This document shows positions 53,651-64,000 of a stretch of 64,000 bases of DNA, in pieces (the stretch's first letter is position 1; each line of letters starts with the position of its first letter). The notes below the pieces were generated by a model. It was not told where the DNA came from. It did not search any database and saw only the letters and a list, made by a program, of their open reading frames with translations. The position numbers and the translations under genes were made by a program. Source of the DNA: Malacoraja senta (Eukaryota); the NCBI GenBank assembly GCA_038087875.1, contig CM075989.1:23314001-23378000 (forward strand), read 5' to 3'.

Positions 53651-56600
53651 TACTCACGTTCGTACGTTTTCCACGTGGGTTTTCTCCGAGATCTTTGGTT
53701 TCCTCCCACACTCCAAAACATACAGGTTTGTAAGTTAATCGTCTTGGTACAGATGTAAAAAATTGTCCCTGGTGTGTGTAGGATAGTGTTAGTGTGTGGG
53801 GATCGCTGGTCGGCGTGGACTCAGAGGGCCGAAGGGCCTGTTTCCATGCTGTATCTATAAACTAAAACACACCACAAGGGAAGGAAGTGGATGTATTTGT
53901 AGGATGCAATGCGGTAAATGGAGATTAGACTCGTGTATCACGCAGCCCAGGGAATCCTACACGCAGGCTTTGTACCAATACATAAAGCATTTGACAACTA
54001 ACAACTAAAACCGTTTCTGGCCTGCGGCTGTTTATTTCAAGAATTATTGAAAGTTTTGCAGTCGATTACGCTTTCACTTTTCTGAAGACTAATCCATAGA
54101 ATTATTCAGCAGACGTACATAAGTAAATAGATCCACAAAATCTTATATTTTCCCAATATCACTGCCAAAGTGTCATCTTGCATTTACTGTAGAGAAACTA
54201 AACTCTTGGTACTGCCAGTTCAATTTTAATTTTACAGTCATTGATTAGTATGGATTTTACCACCAATGAATCTCATTCCATTCAACAGCAAGAGGCAAAT
54301 AGCAGGTGGAGCCCATGCTGACAGCGGGAATAGTTTGAGTTTTTTGTTTTAGAGATACAGTGTGGAAATAGGCCCTTCAGCCCACCGAATCCAGACTGAC
54401 CATCGATCACTCTCACACTAGCTCGGTTTAGTTTATTGTCACGTGTTCCGAGGTACAGTGAAAAGCTTTTGTTGCGTGCTAACCGGTCAGCGGAAAGACA
54501 ATACATGATTACAATCGAGCCGTCTCCAGTGTATAGATACATGGCAAGGGAATAACATTTAATCAATCAGATTTTATCAATATTTATCATATTTAGTACC
54601 AGTTAAAGATTTTATCAGATTTAGTACAAGTGAAAGCCAGGAAAGTCCAATGAAAGATAGTCCGAGGATCACCAATGAGGAGAGAGAACTACAAACTACT
54701 GAATGACTATGTTATCCCAGTTTCACATCCTACACACTAGGGTCAATTTACAGAAACCAATTAACCTACAAACCTGCACGTCATCGGGATGTGGAATGAA
54801 ACCAGAGCACCGGGAGGAAACCCATGGGTGCGGTCACAGGGAGAACGTGAAAACCCCAGACAGGCAGCACCCAAGATCAGGATCCATCCTGGGTATCTGG
54901 CGCTCTAAGGTCACAACTCTACCACCATGCTGCATAGATGCTGCACAAGCCACGAAAAGCTCTGATGAATGCACAGTAAACCAGGAACAAGCAAAAAAAA
55001 AAAAAACTCAGCGGATCAGACGATATCCGAGAAGATTGAAGGCTGTAACGAACTTCCGCACTACAGAAAACTCAAAAGGTCATCAGGATTATGCAGAAAG
55101 GTGGCGCTCAGCCCAGCCGCAGCTTTACTAATGAGTGGAGAATTCCATCAATTTAATCTGCCCTCCAGTTCCTCAGTGGGTGGGTCTGTGACTGAGTCCC
55201 ATCATTTACTGGGAAAGGATGAATCCAAACTCTTTTGAAATCTCATGGTTGTGCCAGCTTACCCTTACCATCTCCCGGTTGTTACGTTGCAGAACGAACA
55301 AATCCGAACCCTAAAGTAGTCTCTGTTAAGATTTGGGAGGTTCTTCTGTGAGGTAGGTTCAGTTTGGTCCATCCAGGCTAAACAGTGAAGGTTAAGGACA
55401 CGAGTTTCATTGTAAGATGATCATAATTTAATTATAGCCAAGAATATTGCAACTGGGAAGTTTGAAATCTTGTGCTGCAGCATCAAAGGGTTGGGCAGAG
55501 AAAATGTGGAGGAAGGAACTGTAGATGCTGGTTTACACTGAAGGCGGACACCGCTCCCCCCACATTCAGTCTGAAGAAGGGTCCCGACCTGAAACATCAT
55601 CTACCTATTTCCTCCAGAGATACTGCATGACTTGCTGGGTTACTCCAGCACTTTGTGTCTATCTTTGGTATAAAGCAGCATCTGCAGTTGCTTTTCATCA
55701 CATCTTATTATTATATTAATTGTATTCACGTTAGTTATTTTCTTTGACTGGATATCATGCAAGCAGAAGCTGTTCACTATACATCAGTGCATGTGACAAT
55801 TCTACACTAAACAAGAATTAGAAAACAATTTGCCTTCAAGTGCTACTTTTGCCTGCCTTACTGGAAGACCGATGGGCATCGATATCAATATTGATTTCCC
55901 CAACTTCAAGTAACCCTTGCATTCCCTCTCTCTCTGTCCCCCCCCCCCCCCACCCTAACCCTCTTGCTAATTTCAACATTTGTATATCTTCGTTATCACC
56001 TCATCACTAGCCAACAATGGACCATTGTGGGCTCCACCTTTTCCGAGACATTGTTGCAGGCTCTGCTTTGTTCTGCACCTTCCCATATCTCTAGTTTCCC
56101 CTCTCCATGTCTCTCAGTCTGATGAAGGGTCTCGACCCGAAACATCACCTGTTCCTTTTCTCCAGAGATGCTGCCTGACCCGCTGAGTTACTCCAGCATT
56201 TTGTGACTATCTTAGGTGTCGAGCAGCATCTGCAGTTCCTTCCTACACGTTAGGCCATGTAAAGGCTATTTTGCTGCTCTGGTATTCAGCTGGAATGTGG
56301 GTGACCCAAGAGTGTTTGTCACTGCCTTTTAATCCCAAGACTCAATAAAAATCTCTCAACAGCTTTGAAATCTTCAATTATTCCCCTGTGTATGTGCCCA
56401 TATGTACCCTTGATCTGAACTTCACAAAATATGATTTGCAGTTGAATTCCTACAAACTAACAGAGCGTCCAATGGCCTCTGTGCCTTCTAACCTCTGACA
56501 AATATTTCCATCAATCCTCTGTAATCCCATTTAAGAATCTAAACCTTGTGGAACGGATTACCCAACTGGGATTGATGCCAGAAGATTCTGATCTCCATCG

Positions 56601-57699
56601 TTTGGGTCGTGGATGGTTGATAGTCTGTATTAGGGTGAGGACTATGAGAAGGTCAGGAATTGGAACATGAAAAAAAATAGGAAACCCTCGAATCCAGGCA
56701 GCATTTTGGCAAATCTCCTCTGCACCCTCTCCAAAGCCTCCTCATCCACTCCTGTAATGGGGTGACCAGAACAGCAAGCAACACTCCAAATGTGTAGGAA
56801 GGAATTACACCGAAGATAGACAGAAAATGCTGGAGTAACAGCGGTCAAACAGCATCTCTAGGTAAATGGAATAGGTGACGTTTCGGGTCGGAACCCTTCT
56901 TCAGACCCTTTGAGAAAATGGTGCCTGACCTGCTAGTTACTCTAGCACTTTGTAGCACTCAGCGATAGGAGTAGAATTAGGCCATTCGGCCCATCAAGTC
57001 TACTCCGCCCTTCAATCATGGCTGATCTATCTCTCCCTCCTAACCCCATTCTCCTGCCTTCTCCCCATAACCCCTAACACACGTACTAACCAAGAATCTA
57101 TCTATAACAATATCCATTGACGTCCTCCACAGCCGTCTGTGTCTAAGGATTCAACCTTAAACAATGTTAAGCCTTTAGTGTTCAATACATCACATGGTAG
57201 CAGGGTAGCTGTCTCTGAAACTGGTCTTACAGCAATTCCACCAATTGATATGAACTGTTATTTTTTACTGCGTAATAATGTGGCAACTAAACTACATTCA
57301 AATCAATGAAGATTATTTCAATCAATTCCCTGTAATCTCATTAACGCATCTAAATGTGGCCATAACCCGCCTAGAACAATCTAATTTGTTCAGATAATTC
57401 AGGCAGATGAGAAGTTGCTGCGTTACAACGACCAACACCTGATATAATCACATCACACTTTGGACAATCGGTAATGAATATAATAAACGCTGGAAGCAGC
57501 GAGAAGATAAAGTATCCTGTCAGTAGCATAATGAGCAAAGGTGCATCCTTTCAAAGTTTAAAATATTTTACAGTCACTAAGTAAATATATCAGCTTAACC
57601 CATTGTGCCATTTTTCAGCTGCCATCTTATACATGACATTGTGCTCCATAGTGCCTTTGTCTGATAAAGAAATGACTTCCAGCTTAAAATGCCATTGGT

Positions 57700-57742
57700 G
57701 ATGTGAGTGAGTGTGTGTGAGTGTGAGTGTGAGTGTGAGTGT

Positions 57743-57803
<61 letters not shown>

Positions 57804-57805
57804 TA
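57700..57805. repeat. (GTGTGA)n/(GT)n/(GA)n microsatellite
   Basis: Directly visible. Confidence 0.95.
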
Positions 57806-59028
57806 TGTGTGCTGGAGTAACTTAGTGGGACAGGTAGCATCACTGAAGGGGAATGGGTGACGTTTTGGGTCAAGACCCTTCTTCAGACTGTCGGGGAGAG
57901 GGAGACATAGATATATGAAAAGGTAAGGTGTGAAAATGACAGATCAAAGGAGACGCTGCTCAAGGAAGTATAGAATGGTTCATTGATGGCTGAGGGGAAG
58001 GTGACAAGTTGTGCAACACCCTCTCTCACTGCTCCCCCTCTGTGATTCCTGCTCCCCAGCTCTGCCACCACGTTTTAACCCAGACTCGCTACCACAGACA
58101 TTTTATCTGTTTGCTTGGTTGTTCCCTTCTGCTAGCTAACAATGATCTATTCTACATTCTCCTTGATCTCCATCCCCCTTGTCTCGTTTTCACATCTGAC
58201 GTTTCCTTTTCCTTCTATCTCCTTCTCCCCTGATTAGTCTGAAGGGTCTCGACCCAAAACATCACCCGTGCCTTCTCTCCTGGGATGCTGCCTGCCCCGC
58301 TGAGTTACTCCAGCGTTTTGAGTGTCTATCTTCGATTTAAACCAGCACCTGTAGTTCCTTCCTACATCAGATTACAGGTCGCTGTGCAGGAAAGGCCCCT
58401 CATAGAGAACAGAGCACCAAGCCGGCACGCCTCACCGACTCCGGTCAAAAAATCAATGAAAGACTCAACAATTAGGATTCCCTTCAGTAACAGAAACACC
58501 TTGTTCTATTGCCTCAAATAACACACCCTGGACTGGATGTCAATCAATGCCCCATTTAACTCCAAGAAGGAAAAAAAATCCATACTTTCATTTCGCACAT
58601 AATCTACAAAAATCTTAAATACACCATAATATGTTGGAGGGAATAGTTAGATTCAAACAGGAGAGGGAGAGGGAGAGGGAGAGGGAGAGGGAGAGAGAGT
58701 GAATATTTGTATAAATAAAATTATTTGTTTCTACTGCATAATGAGAGCATGTTGTGTCTCTGTGTATTTCAGTGTGTGTTTAGTTTAGAGATTCAGTGCC
58801 AAAACAGGCCCTTCGGCCACCGAGTCGGCACCGACCAGCGATCCCCGTACACTAACACGATGCTACACACACTAGGAACAATTTAGATATATACTAACCT
58901 ACAAACCTGCACGTCTTTGGAGTGTGGGAGGAAACCAAAGATCTCGGAGAAAACCTACGCGGGTCACAGGGAGAACGTGATATGCATGAATGTGTGTGCA
59001 TTTGTGTAAAGCACATAAATTGCTGCAG

Positions 59029-59038
59029 GTGTGTGTGT

Positions 59039-59095
<57 letters not shown>

Positions 59096-59399
59096 TGTGT
59101 GTGTGTGTCTGTGTGTGTGTGTGTCTGTGTGTGTGTGTCTGTGTGTGTGTGTCTGTGTGTGTGTGTCTGTGTGTGTGTGTCTGTGTGTGTGTGTCTGTGT
59201 GTCTGTGTGTGTCTGTGTCTGTGTCTGTGCCTGTGTGTCTGTGTGTGTGTGTCTGTGTGTGTGTGTCTGTGTGTGTGTGTCTGTGTGTGTGTGTCTGTGT
59301 GTGTGTGTCTGTGTGTGTGTGTCTGTGTGTGTGTCTGTGCCTGTGTCTGTGTGTGTGTGTGTCTGTGTGTGTGTCTGTGTGTGTGTCTGTGTGTGTGTC

Positions 59400-59450
<51 letters not shown>
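59029..59450. repeat. (GT)n with periodic CT interruptions
   Basis: Directly visible. Confidence 0.95.
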
Positions 59451-59456
<6 letters not shown>

Positions 59457-59776
59457 AATGATTGTGTGTGTGAATGAGAGTGTATGTCTAACATAAATGG
59501 CTTCTGTAATCAGTGAGGAGTGGTAACGAGTGGTGGGGCGGGGGCAGGGGTTTAACCATGTCAGACAATGCAAGGCAATTGTGGTGTCCATCAACACTAT
59601 ATTAAGCCTTTAGAATTCAATAAAAAACACAATGGCGGTGCCAGGAAAGGCTGGAATTAGCTCTCCCCAAAGACAGGATACATTGAAAGGCCTGAAAGCA
59701 GCAGGAATATCCCCCCCCCCCCCCCCCTCCACTGTTAAAGCAAGAATGTTGCTGTAACTGTAACTAACTACAGTTA

Positions 59777-60175
59777 TGGGCCTGTCCCACTTGGCGATTT
59801 TTAGGCGACTGTCATAGTTGCAGCAGGTCCCCGAAAAACCAGCGACTGGACCCCCCTTCGACATAAAATTAAAAATAGAATCATACTTTAACAAAAAAAA
59901 CACGAAGTCAGCACCGGCAACAACCTACGTCATCCCAGCGACAACCTACGACAGCACATATGTCAGAAGTCAAGCTACGCTCATTGGCGCCAAACCAACA
60001 GTCACAGAAAAGTTTTAAACATTTCAAAATCCAGCGGCGACCAGAAAAACGCTACGATTCTCTGGGCGACTGAGGAGACGACTCTCGACCATGCAGGCGA
60101 CACCCCGGCAACCATGTGGAGATAGGCTGTTTTTTAGGCGACTACATGCGACTAGGCTAAGTGGGACAGGGGGCA
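59777..60175. mobile_element. PIF/Harbinger-type MITE
   Basis: TGGGCCTGTCCCACTT...AAGTGGGACAGGGGGCA, with TTA on both sides. Confidence 0.8.
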
Positions 60176-60837
60176 TTACAGTCTGAAGAAGGGTCTCAAC
60201 CCGAAACGTCACCCATTCCTTCTCTCCAGAGATGCTGCCTGTCCCGCTGAGTTACTCCAGCACTTTGTGTCTACCAGCATCTGCAGTTCCTTCCTACATA
60301 GTCAAAGCAATGTCCTCTGTCTCTCCAAAGCCGAACAAGCACAGATCTCGTGAACAATTGCCTTTGTGATGCTTTTGCTAAGTGAAAATGAACCTAATTT
60401 GAAAACAAAGGTGATAGTTGTCATTTGTCAGATGCTTGTAAATAGGCTGGCAATTAGCAGGCTAATTATCCACTTGTCTTCCCAATGCATATTGCAAGTG
60501 CAAATTAAAGTGCTGGGTGTGAGAATGTGCTCACTGTTGTTATGGAGGGAATGCGGCAGTAAGTTTGTCTGCAGCAACATCCCATAACTATTCATTTAAC
60601 AAATGACCAAATAATCTGTGTTATTGATGTCATCCGATCCAGATATCAGGGGATCATCACCTCAAGTCTTGACGTAATCCCATCGGATCTTTTACATCCA
60701 AATTAAATTTATAAACACTGAACTCAAATTCTCAAATGAATAATCTTTATTGTCTTGGACCAATATTAATCCAGAAAACTAAATTTTCCAAAGGTAGATA
60801 CAAAATGCTGGAGTAACTCTGCAGATCAGGCAACTTG

Positions 60838-61062
60838 TGCGGGAAGGAACTGCAGATGCTGGTTTAAACCGAAGATAGACACAAAAGCTGGAGTAACTCA
60901 GCGGGACAGGCAGCATCTCTGGAGAGAAGGAATGGGTGATGTTTCAGGTTGAGACCTTTCTTCAGACTAAGTCAGAAGAAGGGCCCCGACCCGAAACGTC
61001 ACCCATTCCTTCTCTCCAGAGATGCTGCCTGCCCCGCTGAGTTACTCCAGCTTTTTGTGTCT
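60838..61062. repeat. Inverted (palindromic) dimer of the Penelope-derived repeat; also at about 1240-1460, 5010-5237, 14876-15090 and 22876-23128
   Basis: '...gagaaggaatgggtgatgtttc...cttcagact' is followed immediately by its reverse complement 'agtcagaagaaggg...gaaacgtcacccattccttctc...'; arms are about 90-100 bp. Confidence 0.85.
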
Positions 61063-62219
61063 AGATCAGGCAACATTTTTATTTTAGCACTTTGAGTCTA
61101 GCTTTGGTGTAAACCAGCACCTGCAGTTCCTTTTTATTACAACAAATCTGCCGTCTAGTCACATAATTGCTATAATTTTTCTCCTTTAACAGGTGAACCC
61201 TCAGATGTATAAACAAAATTCCTGGCCCAAACAGAAACGTAGACAGCACCTTCAAACTGAGCGGCAATGCTGACTGTGGTGAATGTACACAGCCCGAAAC
61301 AACACTACAATACTTTACGTCATCAACTTGCAATTCACTTATTTTGGATTAATACAACTACCTTCATCCATTGTTCTCAGAATGTCGTTTGTTTTCTCTT
61401 TCCTACGGCGTATTAATGTTTTGTAAAATATCCTTCTTCCGTTGTGTGTGACGACGGGTGAACAAAGTTCATAACTGGTCAGATAAGCACGGGGTGTGTT
61501 TGGTTGAAGGTCACCACCAGCATATGTTGATGGGAAATCATTCACGTAGAAACAAACGTAGAACTCACCAACGTATCATAAACATATTGTGAGAACCAAC
61601 AGCAGCAATGTGTGAGCGACAGTAATCCTAATACCTCACTCTGTCCCTTTTCCTCAAATTAAACACAATCCTCAAATATTTGCACATAAACTGGGCTACT
61701 GCCTGTGTTAAAATGTAACTCCAGCACGGTGGCACAGGGTTTAAATTGGTGCCTCACAGTGCCAGCGACCTGGGTTCGATCCTGACTGCAGGTGCCGTTT
61801 GTATGGAGTTTGTACCTTCTCCCTGTGACCGTGTGGGTTTTCTCCGGGTGTTCCGGTTTCCTCCCGCACTCCAAAGACGTGCAGGTGTGTAGGTTACTTG
61901 ACGTCTGTAAATTGTCCAAGGTTCAGGATGAAACTAGTGTACGGATGTTCGCTGGTCGGCACGGATTCGGTTCGCCGAATGGCCTGTCTCAACACTTTAT
62001 CTGTAAACTATCTATTATCTATTATGTAATTTTCACCTACAGATTAGTTCAGTTTATTATTGTCACGTGTATCGAGGTACAATTGAAAGCTTTTTTGTTG
62101 CCAGTGATTCAGTCAGCAAAAAGACAATACATGATTACAATCAAGTGACTTGGCCTTTTCTACAACTTACGAGTCCCTAAGCATCCAGTTACATTGTACA
62201 CACACTGAAATCATGTCTC

Positions 62220-62580
62220 TTACATCCCTGAAGGTGGAGTCGCAGGTAGATAAGGTGGTCAAAAAGGCTTTTGGCATATTGGCCTTCATCAGCCAGAACA
62301 TTGAGTGTAGAAGTTGGGAGGTCATGTTGCAGCTGTATAAGACGTTGGTGAGGCCACATTTAGAGTATTGTGTTCAGTTCTGGGCACCGTGTTATAGGAA
62401 AGATGCTGTCAAACTGGAAAGGGTGCAGAGAAGATTTACGATGATGTTGCCAGGACTAGAGGGTGTGAGCTACAGGCCGAGGTCGAGTAGGCTGGGACTC
62501 CATTCCTTGGAGCGCAGGAGGATGACAGGTGATCTTATAAAGGTGTATAAAATCATGAGAGGAATAGATCGGGTAGACGG
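62220..62580 (+). mobile_element. CR1 LINE ORF2 C-terminal fragment
   Basis: VKKAFGILAFI, LYKTLVRPHLEYCVQFWAP and ERRRMTGDLIKVYKIMRG in ORF 62150-62650. Confidence 0.9.
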
Positions 62581-64000
62581 CTCTCTGCATCGTAAGGATG
62601 CTGAGGGATTACATTTTTACAGAGTCATCTGTTGGGCAATGGCTTGGTAGTGTGTCAGTTATAACACTTTCAAGCTCCAAGAATGTGCAATGAATAAATC
62701 TAAATAAATCCCCGTGGCTGTGGAAAGAAAAAGCAACATCAAACTGTCATTTTGACATTTAATAAAGAGCCACACAATTATTGTGGTTGCAAGGGGGAAT
62801 TCTTTCATTGCAACAGAATAGATGGGAATTAATTGTCCACGAGACAAAAATATTAGAATGCCAATAATGCCTTATCAGAGAGAGAAAAGCAATGGTAGCT
62901 CCAGGTCTTGGAGTCACTTGTGCTCTTCAGTCTTCAATGTGTCTTGGATAAACTGTGTATTATCTCATTGTGACACAGTAGCAAAGTTGTTGCCTCATAT
63001 CGCCAGAGACCCAGGTTTGATCCAAAATAGTGAAAGGCTTGGATAGAGTGGATGTGGAGAGTGGACCAGAGGTCCCAGCCTCAGAATTAAAGGACGTTCT
63101 TTTAGGAAGGAGGTGAGGAGAAATTTCTTCAGTCACTCCCACTCACTCCTTTCCTTCAATTTTTTCAGGGTGGTGAATCTGTGGAATTATTTGCCACAGA
63201 AGGCTTTAGAGGCCATCAGTGGATATTTTTTAGGTAGAGATAGATTCTTGATTTGTACAGGTGTCGGAGGTTGCCACATTATTACGCAGTAAAAAATAAT
63301 AGTTCATATCAATTGATGGAATTGCTGTAAGACGAGTTTCAGAGACAGCTACCCTGCTACCATGTGATGTATTGAACACTAAAGGCTTAACATTGTTTAA
63401 TGTTGAATCCTTAGACACAGACGGCTGTGGAGGACGTCAATGGATATTGTTATAGATAGATTCTTGGTTAGTACGTGTGTTAGGGGTTATGGGGAGAAGG
63501 CAGGAGAATGGGGTAGGAGGGAGAGATAGATCAGGCATGATTGAATGGCAGAGTAGACTTGATGGGCCGAATGGCCTAATTCCACTCCTATTCCTTATGA
63601 TCTTATGATCTCAGGAGCCGTCTGTGTTCTTTCCATCAAATGCAGAGTCTCGTCATAAGTTCATAAGTGATAGGAGCAGAATTAGGCCATTCGGCCCATC
63701 AAGTCTACTCCACCATTCAATCATGGCTGATCTATCTCATCTCCTAACCCATTCTCCTGCCTTCTCCCCATAAACCCCTGACACCCAAGAGTACTCTTGC
63801 CCAAAGTTGGGGGAAATCAAGAACCAGAGGACATAGATTTAAGCTGAGAGGGGAAAGAATTAATAGGAAGCCTTAGGGAAACCTTTTCACACAAAGGGTG
63901 GTGGGGGCGTGGAACGAGCTGCCGGAGGAGGTAGAGGCATTATCGCAATGTTTAAGAAACATTTAGACATTTATTATCCAGGCACATGGATAGGACAGGT

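Overview
This is vertebrate genomic DNA, most likely from a cartilaginous fish (skate or ray), inferred from HE1/V-SINEs sharing a 3' tail with CR1 (HER1-type) LINEs. It is mostly intronic or intergenic and repeat-dense. I find one credible host exon, on the minus strand at 21373-21686. It has a canonical acceptor and donor, a perfect Kozak ATG, and encodes a signal peptide followed by 'IPRIVFTH', which resembles the first coding exon of a class-4 semaphorin. No other exon of that gene was recognisable. The rest consists of tRNA-derived V-SINEs, CR1 fragments, two L1-clade ORF2 remnants, Rex1/Babar- and L2-like 3' ends, PIF/Harbinger-type MITEs, microsatellites and a 200-N gap. The most notable signals are: (1) dozens of Penelope-derived terminal repeats carrying a minimal hammerhead-ribozyme-like core, often as inverted dimers; (2) an L1 flanked by a 273-bp direct duplication; (3) an inverted copy of a CR1 end plus unique flank inserted into another CR1 6 kb away. 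Hammerheads in Penelope-like elements are a known class, so I claim no wholly new system. Family assignments come from motif recognition only, with no database searches, and repeat boundaries are approximate.
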